A stretch of 63,144 nucleotides of DNA, the filler included, from Reclinomonas americana ATCC 50394 (lineage: Eukaryota), in NCBI GenBank assembly GCA_048213135.1. It is 4 parts of 2 records of this genome, joined end to end, with 100 filler letters (N's around TTAATTAATTAA, not from the genome) between each part and the next. Parts side by side here need not be neighbours in the genome. Positions count along the whole stretch, not along the records: positions 30,219 to 57,200 come from PS015287.1; positions 57,301 to 63,144 come from PS015289.1; 2 more parts are not named here. The stretch is one strand, 5' to 3'. Of the stretch, positions 52,059-63,144 are shown piece after piece. The notes beneath the pieces are model-generated. The model was given only the letters and a program-made list of their open reading frames with translations. It did not search any database and was not told the DNA's origin. A program made the translations under genes and the position numbers. Within the stretch, counting starts at the first letter, position 1. The number at the start of each line of letters is the position of its first letter.

Positions 52059-52219
52059 GTGCTGATTCTCGGAGGAGGAAGTTCTTCGCCAACTGTCGAA
52101 ATCGTCGACATGAAGAGGTCGTGCGATGCGAGTCCACGCGCTGCCCCACAAGAAGCAGACGGCACAAGAGTGACTCCATAAACATCGCTACATTACAAAC
52201 AAAATAATCGCCGTTATCA

Positions 52220-55200
52220 TCATCTCTCCACCTGCCTCCCGTCCCTCCTCGTCGCGCTCCTGCTGCTGTACACTTCCGGCTCTCGTCTCTGCGCTCCGCG
52301 AGAGAGCGCACCGAGACCCAGCACCGGCGCCCGCGGACTCGTGGGCGGCACGAGCGATGACGGCAGTGGCTGCTCGGAAGCGGCGGCCGCATGCCGCGAG
52401 AGGAGCACGGGGTCGGCCAGTGAGCGCGGTGTGCGACGAGAGCCGAGACCGCTGACCAGGTGCGAGGGTGGTGGGGACGGGGGCACGGGTGGTGAGGAGC
52501 GCCACGGATGTCGCGAGCGGTCCTTGGCGGCCTCCAACAGCATGCGCGCGCGACGCGGACCGCGCGGACTCTGCGACTCCAACGTACGCCGTCCGCGTCG
52601 TCCTCCTCCCTCACCACTGTCGTCGCTGTCGCCATTGTCGTCCGCAGGTTGCGTCGACGACTGTTGCGGCGAGAGCGGTGGCGGGGTGGGCGCTGGTGTC
52701 GGTGGCTCCGAGGTCGGCGGCACATTGATGCTCAACGTCGCAAACGCCTCGGGTCGCGGCTTGGGCGACGTCACCTGGTCGGTGGGCGAAAACACTTGCA
52801 TCCACAATTCGCCGGCGTGGAACGACTCCATAATCGTGTCGTCGTCGGCCACCGGTGCGCGCAGTGTCGGCGCCACCAGCCACGCCAACCACAGCAACGC
52901 GGCGAGAATGCCGACGGTCCACGCCACCACGCAGGCACAGGCAATCATCTGCCGCACCACCAGGTCCCAGCCGCAGCCGAGTGCCAGTCCGCAAGCCGCG
53001 CTGGCGGCAGGCGGCACCGAGGGCACAAACGTGCTCACGGCCTCGCGGTCGGCAAAGAGACCCAGCGCGATTTCACTCCACACGCCGCACACGCCGTGCG
53101 CGGCAAAGGTGTCCATGGGGTCATCGATGCGCAGCACGAAGAGTACGTGGCGGGTGCAGATGCACAGGAGGATGCCGATGGCTGCGGATGGGGGGAAGGG
53201 GAAGGGAGTGAGCGAAAGGAGAAGGGAGTGAGGGAAAGGGAGAAGGGGGGAGAGGGGAGAGGGGAGAGGGGAAGGAGGGAGGAGGGAGGAGGGAGGAGGG
53301 AGGAGGGAGGAGGGAGGTAGGGAGGTAGGGAGGTAGGGACGGACGGGACGGTACGGGTACGGTACGGNNNNNNNNNNNNNNNNNNNNNNNNNNNNNNNNN
53401 NNNNNNNNNNNNNNNNNNNNNNNNNNNNNNNNNNNNNNNNNNNNNNNNNNNNNNNNNNNNNNNNNNNNNNNNNNNNNNNNNNNNNNNNNNNNNNNNNNNN
53501 NNNNNNNNNNGGGAGAGGGGAGAGGGGAGAGGGGAGAGGGGAGAGGAGAGCGAATTAAAGAACTGCGGGTATGTTGTCTGCTCCCAGTTGCTCAACGCAT
53601 TCTTCCACACTATCTCTCTCTATCTCTCTCTCCATCGATCCATTACTTTCTCATCCAACATTCTTCTGCTCAGTCTCCTCATCAATCTCTCTCTCTCTCT
53701 CGGGTAGCCGATCATTCTCTTCCGCCCTCACTTGTGGCTCCCTCTCCTCATCAGTTTTCTCTTTGGCCCTTCTCCGTTCCCTCTTCCTTCCCCTCAGCCA
53801 TCTCTCACCTGCCACAATCGCCCCAATCCACACTTGTCGCAACAGCTCCGGCCCGGCAGCCACCGACACCAGCGCCGCGCGAATGCACACGACAATGGCG
53901 GAGAGGCGTGCCAGGCCACCGGTGACGTGACGAGTCGAGGCCATGGTGCTCACGTCACGTGATCGAAAGACGAGCGAAACGAGCACACCGACAGCAACTG
54001 CCACGGCCGTCACCTGACGGAGAGAGAGAGAGAGAGAGTAATAACAGGCGGTTATGGGCGATGACGGGCGGGCGGGCGGGCGGGCGGGCAGAAAAAAGGG
54101 GGAGATAAATGAAATGATAGGCGTGCACATACATACCTGCAGCGACGAGCCGATACGAGTGCCGCTGTTTTGCTCGGCACCCGCACTGAGTGCACACAGA
54201 CCGAGCAGCTGCGGAGCCAGCCACGGTTGCGCGGCGGATTTGTCGGGAAGCGAGCAGCGAATGGAGTACCAGGTGGAGAGCTGCAAGCAACACAGAAGTG
54301 AGAAGCGCATGGCACACAGAGAAGCAAGAGAGGGGCGCACCAGCAATATGGCTCCCCAACCGACCAGCACCGGTGATCCGTTGATGAATCCGTCAGACTC
54401 GGGCTGCTGGCGTGCCTTGCGAATGGGGCGAATAACATCCCCTGACCACTGCTGACCGTGACGTGGGCCGACGGCACTGCGCAGTTCACGAAAGATGAGA
54501 AGAATGGGCATCTTCTTTGCTTCCAGCAAAACAACGCAACATGGCCAGCAACAGCGCCGCAAACCCGGCCGGCACGTGAACCACCAGCGCACCACCCGCA
54601 TCAATGGCACCGCGAGTCGTCAGGAAACCGCCGGGCACCCACAGCCCTGCCACCGATGTCACAATTGTCAACATGGAAATCAGACACATTCCTCACACAC
54701 ATGAATCAAGAGAAACGCAACAGTGCGCCACAAACGGGTGGATCACCAGCAGGTACACGGGCGCCATGGCCAGGTAGAGCCAGAACACGGCACGCTCCGC
54801 CATACTGCCCGACAGCAGCACCAGCGCCACAAACGCAATGCTCAACTGGTGCAACACGTGCGGGAGTTGCGCGTCGCCACGCAGCGCAAATAGCGACTGC
54901 CCGATGAACGAGTTGCCGGGCGAGAATGCAGCTCCGTAGCCCACCAGCCAAAAGGTGAGTGCGCCAGCCGCCCACATGAGCAGGGTGCGGATGAAGATGC
55001 GACGCGTGGCGGCTCGTTGGGCGGTACCGATTTCGAAGAGGATGAATGATGGACAGCCGACTGCGCGAGGGAGAGGGAGGGTGAGAAGGGGGGAACGGGG
55101 AAAGGGGGGAAAGGGAAAGGGAAGGGAAAGGGGGAAGGGGAAGGGGAAAGGAAGGGGAGTGTGTAGAGGGGTGTGAGAGCGAGACGATGGAATGGTAACA

Positions 55201-57065
55201 TGAACAAGGACAAGAGAGATTGGGACAGCGAGAAGGTTGTCACACTGCAGGGTGCTCGACCAATCACGCTCACATACCTGCTCGCTCATTGCAGTGCTCC
55301 CACACTCGTTCACTCGTGTGCTTACACCCTTGCTCACTGCCGTGCTCACACACTCGCTCACTGGTGTGCTCACACACTCGCTCACCACATGTGCTCACAC
55401 GCTCGCTCACTGCTGTGCCCACACGCTCGCTCACGGCTTGTGCTCACACGCTCACCGCTGTAATCACACGCACGCTCACTGATGTGCTTCACACGCTCGC
55501 TCACGGCTTGTGCTCACACGCTTGCTCAAACGCTCGCGCACTGCATGTGCTGGCTCACTGCATGTGCTCACATGCTCGCTCACTACTGTGCCCACATGCT
55601 CGCTCATTGCTGTGCTCACACGCTCGCTCACCACATGTGCTCACACGCTCGCTCACTGCATGTGCTCACACGCTCGCTCACTGCTGCGCTCACACACTCA
55701 CTCACTGCTTGTGCTCTCACACACTCACTCACTTCTTGTGCCCTCACACACTCACCCACTCATTCCTTGCGATCTTACATGCTCACTCACTCCTTATGCT
55801 CTCACACGCTCACTCACTGCCCTCTCCTTCACATTTCCCTCCCATGCACGCAACAGAACAGCCACAATCCGAGAAGCGCCAAGAACGCGCCCTCGAACCC
55901 ATCGATAATCGTCGATGTCAGCACGGCGGTGGCCGATGGCGTGCGGAACACGAAATCGCCGCCCACCGGGCCCACGGGAGCTGTGGAGACGAGTGGGGCG
56001 GCCACGGGGGGAGGCACGGCGTAGTCGTCGATGTTGGGCACTGTGGAGGGTGCGAGAATGTGATTACGGAGAGATAGAAAGACTGGTCGAGAGATAAAGT
56101 ACTGAAAGAATTCCCTGGCGCTATCTTCTTCTGCTCTCTCTCAGCGCAAGCAAGGCAGAACACGCTACGCTTCAATTGTATTGGTGAGAAGTGACGAATT
56201 GAACAAAGAGAACGTCACAAACAACTTGTCGAACTATGGATGTGGAAAAGCAACTTCTGCCTTTCCCCCCTCTGCGTCAGCAAGACCGAACTCGCTGTCA
56301 AACTTCTGTCATCCATCACACAAACAGTCCCACTGCTGCAGAAAGGCACATGATTGCAGCAGCGTCTCGTCCCAACACAATCAGTGGAGCGCAACAGACT
56401 TCCATTCCTTCTCTCATTCTCTCGAATACACGTGCTCTCTCATTTTCTCTCACATACCTCTCTCTAACTCTCACTCTCTCCCAATTGCTCAGATACACGT
56501 AGAGATACAACCTCCAGTTCTCTCTGCGCACAGTCATTCTCTCCGCTATCCCTCTCCATCTCTCTCTCTTCTCGCCCACTTCCTCCTCTACGCACGCAAC
56601 TGGCAATGATAATCTCCGTAATGGTCTTGTTCAGCACAAAGTACATCTCGTAAATGTTGATGGTGAGGTGAATAATGACCACATCCGGTGGCTGCCATGC
56701 GGAAAAACAGGTAAGTCCAAAAATTCACACCGCCACAGTCCCTGTGCTAAAGCACCACGCACCACACTCGGCAACACATCCGTCAGGTTGGCCAGCAGAC
56801 GCACGACCTCGTCAGTCAGCGCCACCGCCGAGTTCATCGTGTCCACGTTTTGCGTGCCGAGCGTGCCGACCATAGTCTGCAGCTGATCGACAGTCTGTCG
56901 CAACTGCTGCTGCGACTGCGTTAGCGCGGCCAGCTGCTGCGATTGAGTGGTCGAGGTGGAGCTGAGGGCGTTGATCATGGCCAGGTGGGCAGTGGCGTTG
57001 CCGGCGGAGACCGAGGTATCCAGCTCGGCGGCACTGATGGTGGTGAGTAGGGCGGGGAGTGTGGA
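52220..57065 (-). CDS. Divergent ammonium transporter (Amt/Mep/Rh family) with a long N-terminal extension; 5' end in gap
   Basis: FWLVGYGAAFSPGNSFIG; LSGSMAERAVF; IHPFVAHWLWVPGGFLTTRGAIDAGGALVVH; VGPR; LRIDDPMDTFAAHGVCG; QMIACACVVAWT. Confidence 0.88.
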
Positions 57066-57137
57066 CTGCAAAAAAGGGAAGAAGGGAGGAGAAAGAGGAG
57101 AGGGAAGAAGGTTAGCAAAGATATCAGCTTCTCACTC

Positions 57138-57175
<38 letters not shown>

Positions 57176-57426
57176 CTCTCGTACGTACTCGTACCGTACG
57201 NNNNNNNNNNNNNNNNNNNNNNNNNNNNNNNNNNNNNNNNNNNNTTAATTAATTAANNNNNNNNNNNNNNNNNNNNNNNNNNNNNNNNNNNNNNNNNNNN
57301 ACACACACGACGAACGAACGACGACGAAGACGAAGACGACGACGACGCGTACGACGACAACAACACGTCACTAACAACGAACGACGACGACACGACGCGT
57401 CGTCTCTCTCTCTCTCTCACACACTA

Positions 57427-57474
<48 letters not shown>

Positions 57475-57627
57475 TGCGAACGACTGTGCGAGAAATCGCG
57501 AACTGCCAACTGCGAAGATCGATCACTCGACCCGCCCCCTCTCTATCTCTCTCTCACACACACCCTCCCTCCCACTCTCCCTTCTCCCCTTCCCCTCTGT
57601 GCCTCTGTCTACAAGTCACTGACTCAC

Positions 57628-58204
57628 CAACAAGTGCAACCTCCCACACTTATTCAACACTCCATTCAACGTATCCGCGCCATCATCGCCAATCTGATTC
57701 CCACCCAGCTTCAACTCCTCCACCTACGCGCCACACATACACAAAAAACACAAAAAGTGTGTGTTTGAGCAAAAAAGTGAGCGCGCCATTTCGCACACAT
57801 GAACACACAAGAAACAAAAAAGTGTGTGCGTTGTGTGTGTGTGGTGGGGGAGTGTGTAAGTGAGGAAGGGGGGAGAGTGTGTGTGAGAGTGTGTGAGAGT
57901 GAGAGGTGGGGGGCGCAACAAAAGCATGTGCTTGCTTGATCGCGTCTGCGACCGCACGCACGCCCACATCGTCGACATTGTGATCGGAGAGATCCCACGT
58001 GGTCGCCTCGCCGTCCATGAACGCTGCGCATGTGGCTTTGATCACGGAAATTGCGTCTTCCACGTGAGGATGTCTACTTGGCGATGCTGATGAGGCGGCG
58101 GCGGAGGATGATAATGATGTGTCGTCGTCGTCGTCGTCGTCGTCGTCGGCGAGGCGGAGTTGAGCGGCGTGATCGCTCAGCTCGCTGATTTGCGCGTCGG
58201 TCAT
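57628..58204 (-). CDS. RI-like leucine-rich-repeat protein, 5' part only (truncated by gap)
   Basis: WDLSDHNVDDVGVRAVADAIK and VEELKLGGNQIGDDGADTLNGVL, joined by a GTTGCG-TAG intron. Confidence 0.7.
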
Positions 58205-59377
58205 TTGTCGTCGAAGTGAATGATGTGGGATCGAGCGTCTGTTGGGTCCATCGGTGGGCGAATATTCTCTCTCGGGACAAAAAGTCCTGGATGAGTGGGA
58301 AAAGCGATTGCGGTTCCNNNNNNNNNNNNNNNNNNNNNNNNNNNNNNNNNNNNNNNNNNNNNNNNNNNNNNNNNNNNNNNNNNNNNNNNNNNNNNNNNNN
58401 NNNNNNNNNNNNNNNNNNNNNNNNNNNNNNNNNNNNNNNNNNNNNNNNNNNNNNNNNNNNNNNNNNNNNNNNNNNNNNNNNNNNNNNNNNNNNNNNNNNN
58501 NNNNNNNNNNNNNNNNNNNNNNNNNNNNNNNNNNNNNNNNNNNNNNNNNNNNNNNNNNNNNNNNNNNNNNNNNNNNNNNNNNNNNNNNNNNNNNNNNNNN
58601 NNNNNNNNNNNNNNNNNNNNNNNNNNNNNNNNNNNNNNNNNNNNNNNNNNNNNNNNNNNNNNNNNNNNNNNNNNNNNNNNNNNNNNNNNNNNNNNNNNNN
58701 NNNNNNNNNNNNNNNNNNNNNNNNNNNNNNNNNNNNNNNNNNNNNNNNNNNNNNNNNNNNNNNNNNNNNNNNNNNNNNNNNNNNNNNNNNNNNNNNNNNN
58801 NNNNNNNNNNNNNNNNNNNNNNNNNNNNNNNNNNNNNNNNNNNNNNNNNNNNNNNNNNNNNNNNNNNNNNNNNNNNNNNNNNNNNNNNNNNNNNNNNNNN
58901 NNNNNNNNNNNNNNNNNNNNNNNNNNNNNNNNNNNNNNNNNNNNNNNNNNNNNNNNNNNNNNNNNNNNNNNNNNNNNNNNNNNNNNNNNNNNNNNNNNNN
59001 NNNNNNNNNNNNNNNNNNNNNNNNNNNNNNNNNNNNNNNNNNNNNNNNNNNNNNNNNNNNNNNNNNNNNNNNNNNNNNNNNNNNNNNNNNNNNNNNNNNN
59101 NNNNNNNNNNNNNNNNNNNNNNNNNNNNNNNNNNNNNNNNNNNNNNNNNNNNNNNNNNNNNNNNNNNNNNNNNNNNNNNNNNNNNNNNNNNNNNNNNNNN
59201 NNNNNNNNNNNNNNNNNNNNNNNNNNNNNNNNNNNNNNNNNNNNNNNNNNNNNNNNNNNNNNNNNNNNNNNNNNNNNNNACAAGAAGGAAAATTACGGCA
59301 TGCATCGATATCGAAGTCGCGCAAGAATCCATCGCAACCAAACAACAATTCATTTACCAACAACAACAACAATTCAT

Positions 59378-59619
59378 TCACCAACAAACAAGCAACAGCT
59401 GTCTTGATGACCTCGTTCAACCGTATCCAAAACATCAACACAGACACCAATCTTGAGGCAGCAGCAGGTTCCTTGTGTGTGTGTGTTCGCTCTCGGAGCT
59501 CCGAACAAGTCGAGAACTGCGATCTTCACCGCATAAGCGTGGTTGACCAGTGGATTTGACGCACTTGCATAGACGCATAGCGTTTTCTGCGATCGTACAC
59601 GGCACATCGAATTCGGGAA
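59378..59619 (-). repeat. Inverted copy of the dispersed repeat at 45531-46255
   Basis: Reverse complement matches 45531-45710 and 46109-46255 nearly exactly. Confidence 0.85.
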
Positions 59620-60168
59620 AAGGCCATAAGCCAGGCAAACAAAGCAAAAGCAGACAGTGGTGGTGTCGCGATCGTACGTTGGTGGCGTGGTTGAAACACA
59701 AGAGAGCTTGTCATGTTGCTGGTGAGGCTCATATCGGTGGTGGCTGGTGGTGGGCGCAGTTGTTGTTGTTGTTGTTGTTGTCATTGTTGTCGCATCAGTG
59801 ATTTCAAACACTGCGACAGCCACTGACCGGTGGCCGCACAGTGAGAAAACCAGAGGACTGAGGGTTGAAGACGACGTTGACCACAGATACAATGTTGTTG
59901 TTGTCGTCGTCATTATGTACAGTGGTGGCGGTGGAGGGGAAGAACGTGCAAGACATGCTGGTTGCGTGAAAGCAGAGCAAGTGTCAGCAGTTACTGCCGT
60001 GCAGAGATGACGCGAACACAGGCAGCCACGTGTGCCGCCCAAATGACAGGATCATGCCGGGCGACAGACGCACAGCACCACCAACAATATACAAGACACA
60101 TAAATACTCTTCTCCAGCAGTCGACACATCCCGCCGTCGATTGTCAGAAAGATCACCCCTCCCCTCCG

Positions 60169-61266
60169 TTATCCCCCCTCGGGCCTCCATCGACGCACCA
60201 CCATCTCCGCCTCCACCACCAGACACCGCCGCAACACCACCTCCACCAAACACCTTCCCTCCACGAGCTCCCTCACCTCCCCACCCTCCTCCTGCAGCTG
60301 CACGGCACGCACGGCGGAGCGCACACTATCCAACTCCCACTGCGCGCATCCGCACGGTGTCGACCACACGAGCAGCGGCTCGTCGCTGCAGGCGCACACA
60401 ATGTGCTGGCCATCGCGAGAGACAGCAAGCGAGGTCAGATACTCGCTGCCGCCACGCAAACATTGCACGGCGTCGCCAGTCGCCAGCGACCACAGACGCA
60501 CCGTCTGGTCCACACTGCCACTGACAATGTAGCGGTCGTCGGGGGTGACGGCCACGGCGAGCACCTCGTCCGTGTGACCCTCCAGCCGTCGCACTTCGCG
60601 ACCGCTCGCCAGCGACCACACACGCACCGTGCAATCGTCACTGCCGCTCACCACATGCCGCCCGTCAGCGGCTACAGCAATCGAGGTCACCGCATTGCTG
60701 TGCCCCGTCAATCGTCGCAGCTCGTGACCAGTCGTCAGCGACCACACACGCACTGTCCCATCATCGCTCCCGCTCAACACCTGTTGCCCGTCGGGAGTGA
60801 AGCAAACAGCGCGCACAGACGCCGTATGCCCTTCCAGCAACCTCCGTACCCGACAGCTCTCCACCATCGACAGCACTCGCACCACGCAGTCGCTGCATCC
60901 ACTCACCACCGCACGCCCGTCGGGGCTGACGGCGACGCACCACACGCGACTCGCATGATTTTCCCACTCGCGCACCATCTCCCCGCTCGCCAGCGACCAC
61001 AATCGCACAAGTCCATCACTGCACGCACTGACCACGTGCTCTCCATCAGGCGTGACAGCGACTGCGTCGACCTCACCGTCGTGTGTCTCCGCCATGCGCA
61101 GCAAATGCACATGCTCATGGTCGTCATACGTCAGTGATCGCACACACACAACACCCTCACTGCTTCCCATCACCACGTGGCGACTGTCGGCCGTGGTGGC
61201 GACACACAGCACTCGCTCACCGCAGCTGCGCACGCACTTGTGGAAGAAGCGAAGAGCTGCGCACAT
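60169..61266 (-). CDS. Intronless WD40-repeat protein with a conserved helical C-terminal tail
   Basis: About 7 repeats of GH..V..VAVTPDG..VVSGS.D.TVRVWSL; likely start MCAALRFF at 61266; tail TPCGCAQWELD...RCLVEVVLR. Confidence 0.88.
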   Translation of the reverse strand: MCAALRFFHKCVRSCGERVLCVATTADSRHVVMGSSEGVVCVRSLTYDDHEHVHLLRMAETHDGEVDAVAVTPDGEHVVSACSDGLVRLWSLASGEMVREWENHASRVWCVAVSPDGRAVVSGCSDCVVRVLSMVESCRVRRLLEGHTASVRAVCFTPDGQQVLSGSDDGTVRVWSLTTGHELRRLTGHSNAVTSIAVAADGRHVVSGSDDCTVRVWSLASGREVRRLEGHTDEVLAVAVTPDDRYIVSGSVDQTVRLWSLATGDAVQCLRGGSEYLTSLAVSRDGQHIVCACSDEPLLVWSTPCGCAQWELDSVRSAVRAVQLQEEGGEVRELVEGRCLVEVVLRRCLVVEAEMVVRRWRPEGG

Positions 61267-61316
61267 GGATACAAAGGGGGGTGTCCCCGCAGCGAAGGAC
61301 ACATTCTCTTTCGCGC

Positions 61317-62411
61317 ATGTCTCGCGCGCCTCCCTCCCTCCCATGCACACGCACACTTCGTCACGCCAGTGCTGTATTCACTGTCGCCGTCACTCCCGAT
61401 GGCCGTCACCTGGTCAGCGGCAGCAAAGACACGACTGTGCGCGTGTGGTCAGTGGAGAGTGGGGAGCAAGTGTTGTGCTTGGGGGGGCATACAGGCACGC
61501 CGTGCGCTGTCGCCGTCACTCCTGATGGTCAGCACGTGGTGAGTGGGGGCCGTGACAGCACACTGCGTGTGTGGTCGCTGGCGAGTGGTGAGGAGGTTCG
61601 CCTATTTCTGGATGGGCACTTCCACGCAGTGTTGTCAGTTGCCATCACTCCCGATGGCCAACACGCAGTGAGTGGGAGCATGGATGCCAACTTGCGAGTG
61701 TGGTCACTGGCGACTGGGGAGCTGGTGCGAAGCATCACCGGGCACGCTGGGTGGGTGTGGTCTGTTGCCATCACCCCCGACAGTGAGCATGTTGTGAGTG
61801 GGAGTCTGGATAAAACGGTGCGTGTGTGGTCGCTGGTGAGTGGAGAAGAAGTGCGACGGCTTGAGGGGCACACTGGTTCGGTGTACTGTGTTGCTGTCAC
61901 AACCGACGGGAAGTTTATTGTGAGTTGTTCTCACGACAAGACTGTGCGTGTGTGGTCGCTGGCAAGTGGAGAGGAAGTGCGACGGTTGGAGGGACACACT
62001 GCTCTGGTGTGGAGTGTCGCTGTTTCACCCGATGGTCAGCACGTTGTGAGCGGCAGCAGGGACAGCACTGTGCGAGTGTGGTCGCTGGTGAGTGGCGAAG
62101 AAGTTCGACGAATGGAGGGACACACTTCTGTTGTGCGCTCTGTCGTCGTCGCTCCCGATGGGCAGCACATCGTGAGCGGCGGTGATGACGAGACAGTGCG
62201 GGTGTGGTCCACTCCGTGCGGACTTGCTCGACAGGAGCTTGACTGCGCCTGTGCCACGATGCAAGTGGTGCAAGAGATGCAGCTGCAGAACGTAGAAGAG
62301 GAGGGATTGGATCGGCGCTGTCTGGTGGAGATCGTCCTTCGCTGCTTCATTGTTGAGGATGCAGAGGTCATTCTTCATCGGTGCTCTGTCGATGACAGTC
62401 TGCGGTTGTAG
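61317..62411 (+). CDS. Intronless WD40-repeat protein (7 highly similar repeats) with the same C-terminal tail
   Basis: Likely start MSRAPPSLPC at 61317; repeats SGEEVRRLEGHT..V..VAV.PDGQH.VSG..D.TVRVWS; tail TPCGLARQELD...RCLVEIVLR. Confidence 0.9.
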   Translation: MSRAPPSLPCTRTLRHASAVFTVAVTPDGRHLVSGSKDTTVRVWSVESGEQVLCLGGHTGTPCAVAVTPDGQHVVSGGRDSTLRVWSLASGEEVRLFLDGHFHAVLSVAITPDGQHAVSGSMDANLRVWSLATGELVRSITGHAGWVWSVAITPDSEHVVSGSLDKTVRVWSLVSGEEVRRLEGHTGSVYCVAVTTDGKFIVSCSHDKTVRVWSLASGEEVRRLEGHTALVWSVAVSPDGQHVVSGSRDSTVRVWSLVSGEEVRRMEGHTSVVRSVVVAPDGQHIVSGGDDETVRVWSTPCGLARQELDCACATMQVVQEMQLQNVEEEGLDRRCLVEIVLRCFIVEDAEVILHRCSVDDSLRL

Positions 62412-62731
62412 GAGAAGCGGCGACAGAGGCAATCGTTTTGCGAGGAGTCTTTTTCTCGCTCTAGATCTCTCACACACACACTCTCTGTTTTGGTTGTTTG
62501 TTACCGCGCCTTGACGATCGTGACCGACAGTTTGTTATCGCCTCCGCTTCTAGTTCCTGGTTCTTGAGTCTCCCTAGTGCAGTAAACGTGGCTTGCTGAA
62601 GGCAGCACTACAATATAAAGGCAGCGCGAATGGAAGTCAATCAAATGTTGGTCCTCGCTCCTGAGGACACATCGCACACACATCAAATCGCGCACACGCA
62701 CACGCCCTCCCTTTCCGTCCCCTTTCCCAAC

Positions 62732-63144
62732 ATGACCTCGTCTCCTCTCTCTCTCCTATGCATGCGTGTCTGGGAGCACCGTGCCGCCGTGTCGTCTGTC
62801 GTCGTCACCATTGATGGCCAGTATGTTGTGAGCGGTTGTGTGGACAAGACAGTGCGTGTGTGGTCGCTGGCGAGTGGAAAAGAGGTGCGGCAGTTGAAGG
62901 GACACACTGATTCCGTGTTCTCTGTCGCCGTTACTCCGGATGGTCAGCACATTGTAAGCGGTGCTGGTGACGGTGACAAAACAGTGCGTGTGTGGTCGAC
63001 GAAGAGAGGTGAGGAAGTGCGACGATTGGAGGGACACACTGGAGCAGTGATGTCTGTCACCGTCTCTCCCGACAGTCAGCGCATTGTGAGCGGAAGCCGT
63101 GACAAGACAGTGCGTGTGTGGTCGCTGGCGAGCGGAGAGGAGGT
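62732..63144 (+). CDS. Third WD40-repeat paralog, runs off the window end
   Basis: MTSSPLSLLCMRVWEHRAAVSSVVVTIDGQYVVSGCVDKTVRVWSLASGKEVRQLKGHTDSVFSVAVTPDG..., open to the end of the window. Confidence 0.88.
   Translation, partial: MTSSPLSLLCMRVWEHRAAVSSVVVTIDGQYVVSGCVDKTVRVWSLASGKEVRQLKGHTDSVFSVAVTPDGQHIVSGAGDGDKTVRVWSTKRGEEVRRLEGHTGAVMSVTVSPDSQRIVSGSRDKTVRVWSLASGEE

Noticed and set aside
57066-57627. LRR-Amt fusion (phase-0 donor at 57627 and phase-0 acceptor at 57066)
   Set aside because: The two are separated by an assembly linker of unknown size, and phase match alone is too weak.

Overview
Intron-rich, GC-rich eukaryotic (protist-like) genomic DNA from a gapped draft assembly. It contains N runs, TTAATTAATTAA six-frame-stop linkers and TACG-type low-quality contig ends, and its introns are inflated by CT/TCAC microsatellites and intron-specific minisatellites. 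Manual splicing recovers about 15 genes: a catalytically dead USP-like domain spliced in frame to nucleoporin Nup155/Nup170, a ~2,200-aa FN3-repeat surface protein with a likely GPI signal, ZSWIM2/MEX E3 ligase, a lipid-anchored Crinkler-type NTPase-endonuclease-HhH protein, a stand-alone Yvh1/DUSP12 zinc domain, an OS-9 lectin, three tandem Pro/Cys-rich membrane proteins, a TPR protein, a divergent ammonium transporter, an LRR fragment and three intronless WD40 paralogs. The main unexpected signal is in splicing. About a third of inferred introns (25 of roughly 70) start GTTGCG or GTTGAG, which is the normal GTGMG donor shifted by one base, and these almost never have G at -1, whereas ordinary donors nearly always do. 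A U12-type AT-AC intron is also present in Nup155. All gene models are by-eye inferences without transcript data.
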